Below are positions 14,201-28,299 of a DNA stretch of 64,000 bases, in pieces. A program made the translations under genes and the position numbers. The notes beneath the pieces were generated by a model. The model was not told the DNA's origin. It did no database searches and saw only the letters and a program-made list of their open reading frames with translations. The DNA is from Lama glama (taxonomy: Eukaryota), in assembly GCA_028534125.1 (NCBI GenBank), contig CM052816.1, forward strand, positions 6,574,001-6,638,000. The letters are read 5' to 3'. Each line of letters begins with the position of its first letter. Position 1 is the stretch's first letter.

Positions 14201-16519
14201 TTTTTATCTTACCTGGCAGAGAATAATCCTTCAACCCATCTATATTTTTATCATTAATAAGAGGACCTTACTAAAAAAAGATAATGCTTTACTTCAAGGA
14301 ACCCACATTGGAATGGTGTCAGTTCAGGCACTGCAGTAAGGAGAACAATATTCTGGGAGTCAGGGTCTCAGCGGCTATTGATTTGTAAAGCAAAGCTAAC
14401 TACTGCAATAATTTTTAGTACAATACTTGTTATTAATGCATTGAGAGTCTGAGAAGGGTCAAGTACTTTGCCCAAAGACACTCATACTATAATGGAGCTA
14501 TATAATTGGCACATAGGCAATTCTGACACCAGAGCCCAGGCACCTAGGCAACTTCAGTTAGTTCTAGCTAAGCCAGCTGTAAAACAAACCCACTGGCTTC
14601 AAAACAATGGTAATGTAGCATAGTGGTTACGTATGGAGTCAGATCTCCAGGGTTTCGTTCTAAGTTTTCTACCTACTAGCTTTCTGAGCTATCTTCAATT
14701 ATTTAACCTTGTTCAGGTTTGGATTCCTTACCCGTAAAATGGGAGACATAATAATAGGACGTGCCTGTTTCATTTTCATGAGAATCAAATAACATTCTTA
14801 GCTGAATGCCTAGCCCATAGTTATATCTAAAAGCTAGTAAACTCACAGAGCTAGAAAAACCTTAAGAAACATCTCTAGTTCTTGGATTCCTAATTAGATA
14901 AAGCTAGATGACCAAGAAGGAAAAAGACTTGCTGAAAGTCACCTAGATTGTTAGAAGTTGTTCTAACTCCCAGTCCAGTGCTTCTTAGTGGCACAAATTG
15001 AGTCTCACTCATCTTGCAACCTCTCAAGCACCTAGTGCTCCAGCAGGTGCAGAAGAGGAAGTGAAGGAAAGGATGAATCCAAGGAGGGAGAAACAAAGGC
15101 AGGAAGAAAGGCTATCTCCAGAGGAGTCCACGGTCTACTGTGAGCAACTCCGATCATACTGAACTTCGAGATGTCATTCCAAACTCAGAATCAATGATTT
15201 TCACTAAGAGCACTCTCCTCCAGGCTGCAGCCAGTTCCTTTCCTACTCTTGCTGCTGGCAGTTGCTATCCAACTTCTCACCAGAAGCTTGGAGGCAGGGA
15301 GATTCGGATGCTGGAGTCACTAGCTGGGATCTGGCAAACAGTGAAGTCTGTCCTTGCAGTTAAAACCTGCTGCATAAAAGACTCCATTTCCTTCACTTCA
15401 CTGCCCCTGTTCACCCTCTGGACACTGAATGGGCTCTGCACACAGATGCCCGCTGTGCCATTAGGCATGCAGGTATAACGCTGCCCATCGGTCCACGTCC
15501 CAAGAAGATAATCTGCATGATGGTCTTTTCTGGCTCATTAAGAGAAACAGAGATTTTCCATTATTCTTAAATTTCTTAAGTGTTGAATGTTTTATGTGAT
15601 AGTTTTAAAAGCATCACCAAAGCACTATGGGTAACGTCTCTGAGTCTAAACCCTTTCCATTTTCTGTTTTCTTTAAATGACTGACCAAGTTGGTATGTTT
15701 TCAGAGAACGAATAATACTGTTTCAAGTCATTTTTTCTCTCTCCAAATTTCCAACAGATCCTAAGTTTTAAGAATGAGTTACCAAAGAGAGTAAAAAAGA
15801 TGAATATGCAAAATTGTACTTTCTATGAACCTCAGTCTATCAATTTCCACAACTCTCATGCCCTTCTCAGCCGTGAGAGTCATTTTCTCACTACCTGCTT
15901 GCATCTCACAATACTCACTTCTACCCAGTTGAGAGCAATATGGGGTGGGGGCCAACACAGATCTCAGAATTAAATGCATTCTGTACTGATGTTGCTTTTG
16001 GTCCAGTTTTCCTATCAGCAAAATTATGACCCACTAAGCATGGTTAGTTGTCCTGAAAAAGAATCTCTTTCTAAGCTTGCTTTACTTACCTGTGCTTTGG
16101 TTGAATTCTGACTATCTAAATTCCTAATCTGCCTCTTGTTCTAGGCTGCAAACTATATTTTTGTCTCACCTGCCTGATCCTCTGAACTTTTGTCTCTTTT
16201 GGTGTGTGATAATGTAATCTGCACAACATTCTCCTTGGCAATCCAGTCACCCTCCAAGGCTCTAGATCAGCATTGCTTTCCAGTAAAGCATTAGTTGACT
16301 ACATTTGACTGGAGTCGTCTTGTATATGTATCAAGCCACCTTAGTAAAGCTTAGTAAAGAAGAATGGTAAGAGCTAACATTCGGTGAGCATCTCTGTATG
16401 CCAAGCACCGTGCAAAGCATTTTACTTGGATTATCCCATGAAACCTTATAACAACCACATGGGGTAGGAGCTATCATTCTACCCTGGAAGCTAAAACTAA
16501 GAGAGGCTGAGTAGACAGC

Positions 16520-16780
16520 AAGTGATGGAGGTGGATGCCGTGGAGCCCTCACGAATGGAGTAAGTGCTCTTATACATGTTCCCCGGCCCTTTCTACCACA
16601 CGAAGACATAGTGAGAAGCCAGCACTCTACAAATTGGAAGGCAGCCTTCCCCAGAACCAACCATGCTTGGCACCCTGATTTTGGACTTTCAGCCTCAAAA
16701 AGTATGAGGAATAAATTTCTATTCTTTATAAGCCACACAGTCTGTGGTATTTGTTATGGCAGCCCAAACAGATTAAGGCT
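16520..16780 (+). mobile_element. MaLR LTR 3' part (MLT1A-like), preceded by a minus-strand MIR (~16365-16510)
   Basis: GGCACCCTGATTTTGGACTTTCAGCCTC...AATAAATTTCTATTCTTTATAAGCCAC..GTCTGTGGTATTTGTTATGGCAGCCC. Confidence 0.8.
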
Positions 16781-17584
16781 TTCTAGAGAAAGTCTGGAGA
16801 ACCAGGATCTGAAGATGCGCAAGAACCAAACTGCTCCCCACAAGCATGGGATCTTTGAGACACTGACACTGGCAAATGAACCACTGGGTGCTTGCTTCTG
16901 ATTCTGCCAGCACCCAAACTGTACTTGTGTCTCTGCTCCACCCTCTCAAAATTTCCACACAGGCAGGAGCACTTAGTTGCCAATCTTAAATCCTATGCCT
17001 ATCCCCAGGGTGCAGGGAGCAGTCCTAGAATCGTTAGGAAGAAATGGGTCCTATATCCTACCAACAACCCCCACAGGAGAATTCTCCCATAAGCTGAAGG
17101 GTGTTCAAATGCTGAGTAACCAAAAATAATAAATGTATGCATTACTATATAGCAATTGACTTGACTCTGTCTCTGAGCAGATTGTGAGCCTCATGAGAGC
17201 AGAAAACGGGCTGTCTTGGCCACTGAAGGGTGTCTAATTCCTAATGTAAAGTCTGCGTCATAACAGCAACCCAATAAGCATATATTTAAAGAAGAAAAGA
17301 AACAAATATTTTGGGAGTGGTCTCTAGAAAGGAGTATATTTATCAGGATTAACAAAATCAGCCTTCTGCACAGGGGAAATACGAACAGAGAGACAGTAAA
17401 GCAGGAACCCAGGAACCATCTGACCTGATGGGGAGGGGATGAAGGAAACCATCCCAGTGAGCAGAAGGTTCAGCAATAGATGATGCTAGTTCGTAAGACG
17501 GAGTCGAGTTAAGGAGAGCTTTCCAAGCTCAGAAGCATAGAGAAGTCAATGGAGGTAGGGGCTACCACATGTACTCTTTAGTTA

Positions 17585-18510
17585 ACCGCTTTTTTATGGT
17601 ATAATTGCCCACTATGTTTAATGTATAAAATTTGGAAAGTTTGACAAATATATACACTTGTGAAACCATCACCATGATAAACACAATCAAGATAATGAAC
17701 ATATTCATTCCCCTGAAAATTTCCCCATGTCCCTCTGCAATTCCTCTTTCCTGCCTTTCTTCATTCCCTTCCTACCCCATCCCCAGGCAACCACTGATCT
17801 GCTTTCAGTCACTGCAATTTGCATTTTCGAGAATTAAAATTCCATTATGTAAATGGAATACACAGTAAGTGCTCTTTTTTTTTCTGGCTTCTTTTACTCA
17901 GTGCAATTATGTTGAGATGCTTTCATACTGGTGTGTGTATCAGTAATTATTTTTATTGCTGAGTAGTATTGCCTTGTATGGATATACCACAATTTGTTTA
18001 TCCATTCAACTATTGATGGAAATTGGGATTGTTTCCAGTGTTTGGCTGTTTTAAATGAACATATGTCTGCTTGTATATGAAGCACTATATGGACATACAT
18101 TTAATTTCTCTAGAGTAAATACCTGGGAGAAGCAAAGGTCATGTGGTAGTGGTATGCTTAACTTTTAAGAGAAACTACTCGAACTCTTTTTTCAAGTGGT
18201 GTTACAATTTTGCATTCTCACCAGCAGTGGATGGGAACTCCAGTTACTCCACATCTTTGCCAACATTTACGACAGTTATTAGTAGTGTTAACTGATATTA
18301 CAGTTTTAGCCATTCTGATACGTATAAAGTGGTATCTCATTGTGATTTCGATTGGACATCTTTTCATATGCTTGTTTTCCAACTATACACCTTCCTTTAT
18401 TAAATGTCTGTTTTAATCTTTTTTTCATTTTAATTGGGTTGTTTGTTTTTTTACTATTGAATTTTGACAGTCTTTTTTTAAAATAAATTCTCAATTCAAG
18501 CCCTTAACCC
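17585..18510 (-). mobile_element. Old L1M ORF2 C-terminus and 3'UTR
   Basis: Minus-strand translation AKHWKQSQFPSIVEWINKLWYIHTRQYYSAIK (17894-18100) is degenerate ORF2p C-terminus. Confidence 0.85.
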
Positions 18511-19236
18511 AGATTTTTTTTACAGCAGTCATAGTAGTAATAATAATAATAACAACTAGCACTTATTTGGGGCTAATACTGTGCTACTTCATTCAGGCAC
18601 ATTGTCTCAACACTGCCAACAATCCTGTGAAACAGATACCATAATCATCCCAGTCCTACAGGTGAGAAACCCAAGGCTTACAGAGATTAGGTAACTTGGT
18701 CAAGATCTCACTGCTAATAAGAGGTGGAGCCAGAACCTGAACTCCAAAATCCTTGTTTTTTATCTCATCTCCAGAGATTTAGGAAAATCATTCCTCACTA
18801 AAGCAAGCTTTCCAAGAAAAAAAATCAAACAGAAATATTTTTACTGTCAGAGAACAAACTGTGTTGATAAAATACTTTCCCATATACCCAGGAAATATTT
18901 TTCTAACATACCTATTAAGTCGTTGAGGAAGTTTTGACCTGAGTACCCACAACCCATTTTGGAACAGAGAGTTCTGTTCCAGAACAAAACAGATAAGGTT
19001 AATCACAGCTTGGCTGGGGTTAGTATTCTTCCCTTGGCTGAGTACACCTGCATGAACCAACTATCAATCAACAGCAACGTGAAAGGTATAATCTCAAGAG
19101 GAACACGGCTTAAGAAATTGTGGGGAGGGCACTTTAAAATTTGTTAAGGGAACAAAAACTGTCATCCTGTCATCTTAATGCTTCCTAGTAAAAGTGATAT
19201 AATTGTCCTTAGAAACAACTCATTCCACAGACTTTT

Positions 19237-19341
19237 TTTTTAATTGAAGTATAGTCAGTTACAATGTGTCAATTTCTCATGTACAGCATAATGTCCCAGT
19301 CATACATATATATATACACATATATTCATTTTCATATTCTT
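19237..19341 (-). mobile_element. Short L1 3'-end insertion with perfect 15-bp TSD
   Basis: TSD ATTCCACAGACTTTT at 19222-19236 and 19342-19356 flanking poly(T)-AATTGAAGTATAGTCAGTTACAATGTGTC... Confidence 0.9.
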
Positions 19342-20689
19342 ATTCCACAGACTTTTGAAATTACTTTTATTTTCACTCAGTGTGCCCTGGGGTAGATGTT
19401 TATATACTCTACCCATGTTTATATACTCTAGTTATATCAACTCTTAAATCAACAACTATTTCATGCCCATTTTTTAACTAGCACTGTAAAAAGATACAGA
19501 ATATATAATAACAATTATGGAATATAATATTCAAGGGTTATATTAAAAATATTTAAACACTGCTATTGCAATGGGCACTGATCAATCAGGCCAGGTGCCT
19601 GCCTGAATGTCATGGTGACATGTGCTAGAGAGATACTAGTCCTGCAATAAGTACTATCCTATTATTACATTGTTTTGCAGGTTACAAGACACTTTTCTAT
19701 CAAGTATCTCATTTGAATTTCATAAAAGGCAGCTAAGCATTATTATCCCCACTTCACATATAAAAATGATCAGAAAGGTAAATGATTTTCTCCAGTATTC
19801 TTCATAGCTAGTTAATGGTAGAAATGGAAATTAAAATTAGGGGTTAGGACTGGTGACCCAAAAATGTTCCACTCTTCCCCACAGTCTCTGGCTCTAATGA
19901 TCTATTGGAATCTCTAATGATCCTGTTGGAATAATGGGCACACACTCACCTATGAAACCAAGATAATACACTTAGCAGAACAAATATATATTAAGCACTG
20001 GTACTTCAGAATCACAGAATGGAAGAGGAGTATCAAAGGTATAAAAAACAATCTTCCAAACATGGTGGCAACTATTACATATTTCTGCAATGAAGGAGGC
20101 TCCAGAGCTCCAAACATCCTTGATCAAATGCATCTTTGACAACCCCTCCCAACTTTGACCGTCTCACACTAGTCCAAGCCCACAGAGCCTTGCTCCTTAA
20201 AGTGGGATCCTCAACTCAGCAGTATCAGCATTACCTGGGTGCACGCTGAAAATGCAGAATCTCAGCCCCTCGCCACCTCCTCCTCACAAGACCTATTGAA
20301 CCTGAATTTTCATAAGATCCCAAGGAGATGTGTTTGTATCTTAGCTTTGAGAAGTACCACTCTAGATAACCTACCATTACTCAGATAAGCTATGTGCATC
20401 CTCTAATATGGTTTCATAGCCACTATTCACCACCACCACCCAGCCCAGCTTTTCTGCTGTTTACTCTAGAACTTATGCCCTATGCCAGAAAAATCCCTTG
20501 TATCTTAAAACTTTTTTGCTTCTGTATCACATAACAAGTTGTGTGCTCATTAGGAAACTAGGCTTCTCCCTGTGGCAACTGCTTCCCTAGCAGGCCTCTC
20601 AAGTGAAGGTTGTTTTTCCTGCCACAGCCCACACTGCCTGCACCTAGAGCCTGGAGGTGAGGCTGGGTGTGCTCCATCTTCCTCACGAT

Positions 20690-22200
20690 CATTTATAGTC
20701 AACTGTTTCCTCCTTCTTCCTTCAAAAATCCTGCCATTTTGAAGCATCCCACCAAACTCTAGCATCCCTCATCCTGCCTTGTTACAGTCACATGCCACTG
20801 TCATTAGCTTCCTTGGTCACTGAGAACCTAAACGCAAACTCACTGTCTTACTCTGCACCCCTTCTACACCACCCTCTCACCACCCTATCACCACTCTTCA
20901 CTTCCTCCACCCTACTACTCCGTCAGCGTTCTGGATCACTTCCACACCAATGTCACAGGCACCATCCAACCCCTCTGATTCTCCACCCTTCACTACCTGG
21001 CTGAGCAGTATCCTGCTCCATCCCCTGAGCCACCCAATACCATGGCCTTACACTAGACCCAGCTGCTAATACCTGCATCGCCTGTAAAGTATTTTTTCCC
21101 CCAAATATCTGCTCTTATTTTTGCAACTAAGTTAGTTTTATACTCTCCCTTATTTTCCTTTACAAATTATTGATCCCCATCAGGACCTCCTGCCCACCAC
21201 TTTTCATTGTCCATTATCAGTCTCGAGTCCTCAGTTCCTTCCTTATTTTCCTTAGATTCAATGGTCAATTTCTACAACCCCTCCTTTTCTATCACCTTCA
21301 AATCCCTCGTTCCTCCCTCCTCCTTCACTCTCATTTAGCAAAACCCTAACTTTATTTAACTCAGCCCTCCAGTATTTTGCAACAACATTCAAGCGGCTAA
21401 AGGGGGGTGGTGGGGAAAAACTCACTAAAGGTCTAAGTTGTCTCTCTTTAAATTTATGACCGAAACGCTCAAGCAGGCCTTTAGTACTACCCAGCAATTT
21501 CACTATATCCCCCTAACGAATCTACTCTCTGTTCTCTGAGATGGATATTCACATGTTCTCATCGCTTCTGAATTCAACACTCTTTCCCTCTCCTCGAGCT
21601 CAGATCTTGACTTACTTTCAGTTTCACTGAGAAAATCAAAGCAACTGAAAGGGAACTATTCCATCTTTCCACCACCAAATCTCTCAAGCTATCTGCTTCT
21701 CCACCCATATATGACATATATCATACATACAGATACACAAATTCCATTTTATGGCGTGAGCCCATATGAAACAACACCCCCGATCTGTGCACTAGATCGC
21801 AACCCCTCTCATCAACCCAAGGCTTTGCCTGTGACCTTGTGACCAACATTTCCTTCTCATCATTATAAATTTCCACCTAAATATTGGATCATTCCCAACA
21901 GCATACAAATATGCTGCGATTTCATCTATATTTTGAAAGATCCCTCCGTTGGCTTGATGTCTCTCTCCAGCTATTTTATTTATCGGCTCATTGTAGGGAA
22001 AAATTCAGTGAAATATTAGTATCCTTTCACTCCCTCACGCCCTATTCTCTCTTTAATCCCCTTTGGGCAGGTTTTCCTTCCACCATCACACAGAAGCCAC
22101 TATAGTCAGAATCACCAACTAACCCTATCTTACAAAGTCCAGGGCTAGTTCTCTACTCCATTCTGTACTCCTTCCCTCCATTTCTGGTCCCTCTTGTACC
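20690..22200 (+). mobile_element. L2 LINE internal fragment
   Basis: C/T-rich degenerate L2-like sequence (e.g. TTCACTGAGAAAATCAAAGCAACTGAAAGGGAACT). Confidence 0.65.
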
Positions 22201-24894
22201 TTAGGCATTTTCTGTGGGTCCTCGTCTGACCTTATTAACAATTAATTCTCAACTAACCTAAATGAAATATTAATATTTCCAATTTAGCATGTTCCTTATC
22301 CTAGAGAAAAGCGAATTTAATAACAGGCTCTTATTAAAAACAAAAACAAATCATCAAAAAGCAGCAATACTCCAAGGAATGTATCATGTAATGATATTTC
22401 AGGTATTATTACAGAAAGTTTTGTCATTTATTTGCCAGGGAGACATAAAGCTAATTGTGCCATCTCTCTGGGCTTCCAACTATCCGTGAGAAAACTGAGA
22501 GTGTGGGCATTACAAAAATTTGAAGATAGTTTTAGTTTCAGAAAGAAATTCTAAGCACCCCTCTGAATGAGAAGTATTACTGGTCAGTGAGTGAAGCCAG
22601 GACAAGTTATGTGTGAGGATTTAAAGGGCTGGTCATATCACTGCTATGAGAGAGCCTGCCTTAAGTCTCTGATATGTCAAATATGAAAATGCAGTAGCCA
22701 CCAATCTGCCATTATATCGGGGCCCTGGAAAGCCTGGTCTAATCACAGAACATCGATGAAATATGCCCCCTTCTCACTTCTTACAGCATGAAATTTATTT
22801 AATAAGAAACAAGAGCTGTCATTTTACAGGTGGAGCTAAGGCATATAATTCTGAGATCCAGGTGAGTAGGAGGAGGGAAAGAAGAGCACAAGGCTGGGAT
22901 GTGCAGGACACACGTCTCAGGAAGTATGAAGACTGAGAGGGTCAGGATTTTCCAAATGTCACCTACTCTGTAGTTTTACTGCACACTCACTTTCTGGTTT
23001 CTACATCACAACTGAGAAAGTCATAGCTACTTTTGTATAGTATGTGGTGATTAGTGCTCAAGAGTTCTTAGACAATTTAGAAAAAATAAAATGTCTATTG
23101 TTTATCTTCTTATAATGCCAAATATGCCTTATTCTATTCACTTTAGCATTTCAGAACAGGAAGGGATCTTAAAGGTCACAGTTCAAACAACAGCTTTACA
23201 GATGACGACACAGAAGGTCAATACAGGGGAAATAGGGTTAAATAATAATCCTCCTCCTCCTCCTCTAGATCTAGATTAGAATTCTCCAGTTTTTACTCAA
23301 GCAATAAAATAAAAACTGCAAGTAACGACTATTTTTTTTGGATGCATAGCCAAAATAGCAGTAGCAGTTATCTCTGGGTAGACGAAAAAATGGATATTTA
23401 TTTTCTTCTTCATAATTTTCTGAAAAGTCTGCAGTGAGTATGAATTGCTCTTATAATGAGAAAAGATAACATGGCTATTTTCATTAAAATGCTTTAACTA
23501 AATAAGTAATAGGTGAACTGATCCTTTTATGTAGTGACTTACATACACTATTTATTTTGCTAGTATCCATGGAATTTTTCCAATTTCCAGTGACTTTACC
23601 ATTTTTTGCACTTATAACTCCAAGAAAATGACTTTACTCATTTTGGTTAATTTTATTTCAAATCATATTTCAATCTGACTTGGGAGTCATTAAAATACTT
23701 AAACAAATGATTGAAATTTGAAAACAGAACAAAAAACTGTGAATAATGCATACTGGTGGCCTACATGGGCCAGAGATATGCTAGGTATTTTACATGATTA
23801 TTTCATTTAACCTTATCAACAGCTTATGACTTCGTTTCCATCATTATGCTTCTCTCACAGACCAGGTAACTCCTCTTAGAATGGTTAAGTCAATATCACA
23901 AGTCTTACCAGATTCAAATCCAGGCTTCTGGTTCCATAGCCTAATCTCATAATCACAAGACTATATATACCCTCTCTGTTTTGCTATTGGATGCAGGGTA
24001 ATGGAGAGTAAAAACTGAATATATGTCAAACATTTCCAGTATTGCCAAAACTGGCTCTAACCTAAACAAAGATCTTCCTGCCAGGGCTGAGATGTGTGTA
24101 ATCTGGGATGAAATGGGAAATCTGGAGGAGTCATGCTGGGAAAAATTCTGGCAGACCAACAAAATTTAGCAGATGGAGAACAACATGAGGACATAATACT
24201 GTTCCCTTCTGTTTTGCCAGTGCTCTTGGCTCCCAGTTTACTCCTGAAAGTACCCAGCAAGCATCAAGGGCATAGAATATTATGTTCATTGGCGAGACAA
24301 TTTAAAGCTTGGTTTCTCCTCAGGGATTGTAAATTTTATAGCATAAATATAAATTGATTAATGAGAATTATATTTTTAGCCAATATACCCAAGCACGATG
24401 ATTTTAAAAGCAATTGCCTTGCTGTAAAGTTGTCCAGATTAATTGATGGAAGGGAAACCAATACTCTAGGTTAGACAATGCTCCAGGTGGGAAAGCTGTC
24501 TCTGGCTCCTGTGGTCCAATCTCCTACTTCCAGACATAGGGGAAACTGAAATGCAAAAGTAAGCATCTAACTTATCCAAGATCATACTGTGAGCAGAAGC
24601 CTACCTAAGTCTAGACCTCAGATTTCCTGACTTCCAGTCTTGTGTTCTCATCAGTAGAACTTTTGGTTTAGTAAATTCTACATACCAAACCGAACATATG
24701 ACTTAAGCAAATGGAGGAAAAATGTAAAAGAAAAAACAAAGGAGAAGAAGCCTGTCTGAGAGAGGCCATGGAATGATAACAGAAGGGATAAGTCACATAT
24801 CTGGTTATATTTGTACTTAAGAGAATAGCCAGGAGAGGTGCTGTTAGAGCATATTTTTATCTATAATGAACCTAAGACTCAGAGACTGACATAT

Positions 24895-25540
24895 CGATTC
24901 ATTCATTTGTTCATGTAGCAAATTTTGAGTGCTTGCCAGGTGCCAGTCATTGTGCTAGATGCTGGAAACATAGCCATAAACGAAATATGATTCCTACTTT
25001 CATGAAGTTTACATCCCAAAAGAGCAGACAGACAAAACAAGATAAATCAAGTAAATACAATAGAAGAAAGTGCTTGTTACCAAAAAAAATTGCCAGTTGA
25101 GATTGCTGTGAAGGGAACAACCCAAAGACTTTAGCAGAAAATATAGTATACTTGCTTTTACGTAGGGTGTTCAGGGAAAATCTCCGAGCAAGTGACATTT
25201 AAACTGAGAACTGAAATATGAGAAAGAGGCAGTTTTGCAAGTCCCTCAGGGGAAAGAACAGTAGAGCCTGAAGTAGCTGCTTATGCAAAGACCCTGAGGC
25301 AGGAAAGAAAGGCAAGTTGGAGGAAAGAAAAGAAGTCTTCTGTTGTTGAAATGCACTGGCTAAGAGTGAGACAGGAGAAAGGTCAGGTAGAAGTGGGGGG
25401 GGGGGCTCAAATGGTGAGCGGCCTTGTGAACAAGTAGAAAATGCTGGGATTTATTCTAACAGCAAAGGGAAGCTAAAGGAGGATCTTAAGCTGGGAAAGA
25501 ACATGATTCTTTTTCCATTTTATGACGATCACTTCTTCAA
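24895..25540 (-). mobile_element. L2 LINE 3' end
   Basis: ATTCATTCATTTGTTC...GTGCCAG..TGTGCTAGATGCTGG...GCAAAGACCCTGAGGCAGGAA. Confidence 0.8.
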
Positions 25541-28299
25541 GATCAGATGGACTATATTAAAATCCAGCAAGGACTAAATCTTGGGAACCCCAACTCTTTG
25601 CATGGTGATCAACAAGTCAGTTTTCTTTCCTATGTTCACTTCACATCATTAGTAGGAACATTAAGATGGATACAAAATCCTTTAGAAGACACAATCTGAG
25701 CCAAATGGACCTCAAGAGTAAAGAGGCACCATATATCCTTCTCCAGATTGTCCCAACACACACAGGGTGCTGAGTGAATGTCGGAGGAGGTGACAGCCTC
25801 TTACTGGTTCTCTTGCATTTTCTCATCTCTTCCTCACAACAATCCTGACAGCATATGTAGGAAACAGAGGCTGAGAGAGGTTAGAAGTACTTCTTCATCA
25901 ATAAAGATTCAGCATTTGTTTCTAAGACTCTTGAGGTCTATCCCAAATCTCAATTAATTATAGTCCTTATTATATCTCTTCTCAAGCAGAAAGCTCTTAA
26001 GAGCCTCAGCCTTTGACACTGGGTAAAAAGGCAATATAAAATTCCAAACCACCTTTAATACTAAGAAAACAGACATACATTTCTGCCAAGATTCACCAAT
26101 GTCTCCAGGGGACCCAATGGCTTACTTTAAATTATAACTAATTGTCACAGTCATACTCTGATATCATCCTATGATATGATGTCACTTCGGACTTACTACA
26201 AATAGCAACTTAGCTCTAGAAGGGACAGACAGAAATATATCAAAGGATGCCTATGCTAATGGATTTGGAGACTAAGAAGCCAGAGATAAAAGATAAGAGG
26301 TCTTGCTGTCAGCCTGACTGGGATATGTGCTAAGAAGCCAGCTCTGAGCACTGATACTGCTCATCTCAAGGCTTCAGGTCCATTAATAACAATTTCAGTC
26401 AGCCAGGCTTTATCAGGAGGCTCAGGTCAGTGGCCTTAAATGACTAAATCAAGTTTAATATTGGGGAAGATCTCTGGATTTATTCTCATCTCCATTAGTT
26501 TCCTTCCCACCAAGAAAGAAAAGTTTTGTTCTCTGAAAGCCTTTGTTTAAAGAAATAGAATTTAGTGGAAGAGCATATCTGACAAAGAGAGGTGGAAAAA
26601 AAATGCTTCTCATTCTAGCTTAATCAACCTGCCTCTTGATTACTGGGTGCCTTAAAAGGGCTCGTCCCATCTCTAGACCTTGTTTACTCACCTACAAGTG
26701 AAAAAAGTCAGCTTAGATTATATCTAAGGGGACTTTAATAGTCTTTAATCTTGTATATAAACACCCAAATTAACTATTTTTAATAGGTCACTATTGAGAA
26801 TCTGAGATTCTTAGAGTCAGTAAAGTGTTTATAGGAAGCCATCCATGTATATTCCTGGTTCCAGTTGCTACCAGTGGTACACATCTGTGACACCTGGAGT
26901 ATAGCCTATGCCCATGCAACAGAGAAAAGCAAAAGATTGCCAGTTCTTCAAGGAACTGGATGACTTTTCTAAACTGGGAATCTTCATGAAATAGTATGTG
27001 AGGACCTGCAGGGCTAGCGGCTCACTTCCAGCAACTCTAAAACCCCTTCACTGAAGAAGCTCATACAGGAGGAAGCGAGGAGAAGGATGTATGACTCCTT
27101 AATGATCCACTGCCTCTACCTTGGGATAAGTTCATGACAGTCTGTATTCAGGCCTAAGTTCCAGCATCACCATGGCAACATTTCCCATCAGTAAAAAAAT
27201 GAGATGGTAATGAAGACAGTTGCTGTATAATGAGCTGGGCATAAGGAAGGGCAGAGCTTCGAAAGGGGAAAGAACACATGTTTGTATGCTGGGCTTTATA
27301 GGAAGAGTTTTGTTGGGAGAGGTAAATGGATTACATGCAGTTCTTATGGCAAGGCATGGAGTAGAATATTTCATTTCTGTTGCTGATTTGTGGCATTTTC
27401 ATCAGGCCTGGCCCCTGCAGTCCACTATCAATTGCATGCTGATTATCCAGATATGTGTTTCCCACTTCTGTTTTAAATGTGCCAGTGTGTGGTAACTCAT
27501 TTGGTGATATACAGAGCTTTATTTTTCTGCAAGGTCCAAGTCTATCTTTTCTTCACTTACAGTAAATAAGAAGAAATCAAATTGCTGAAAATCTTCTGGG
27601 GACGGTGGGAGGGAGTATCAGCTAGGGAAAACCAATGGTCTTACTTCATCTTTTTATCCCCTCCATGTAGCACAGACTTTGCACTTGACAGTGTTTATCA
27701 GATGCATAGATGGATGGAAAGACAGACAGATAGGGATATGGGCAGATGATGGAAATGATGGAGCAGCGATTCTTGCAGTTCAGGGAGAAAGGCAGCAATA
27801 GGGAAACTCATCACCACAGATGTAACCACAGTTACATCCCCTTATGTATAACTAACTACCTATATGTCCATTTGTCTGTCAATCCATCCCCTTGCTGCCA
27901 TTCCTACCATGCCCTTTGATGCCAGCCCCAACAAGTAGCTATTGTCCTTTCACTGGGTCATTTGCCTGGTGCTGCAGCACCTCTAGGACAAGTATGTACA
28001 GCTAGTAGGAAAATTCAAAACTACTACTTCCTACATTGAAAAACTAAAAACTAAATTTTCAAAAATTCCTACTAGACAGACCTGTGTTCTCATCTCAGTT
28101 TGCCAATTATTAGTTACGTAGCCTAAGTAACAAAATCTCTGACTGTCACCTTCCCTATTTGCAAAATTGGATGGCACTAATGGGGATATTTTGAAGAATG
28201 AATAACATTAACATGTTTAGGAATGAACAACATTCTTAGAAGGAAAAAAGGCTCAGCTGAGAACCAAGCAATCACATACACCATACTTTCCCCCTACTC

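Noticed and set aside
19396..19932. Short tandem duplications (ATGTTTATATACTCTA x2 at 19396/19415; CTCTAATGATC..TTGGAAT x2 at 19892/19912; similar near 34400 and 53489)
   Set aside because: Ordinary slippage duplications; no repeat-spacer periodicity, so not CRISPR-like or a structured array.
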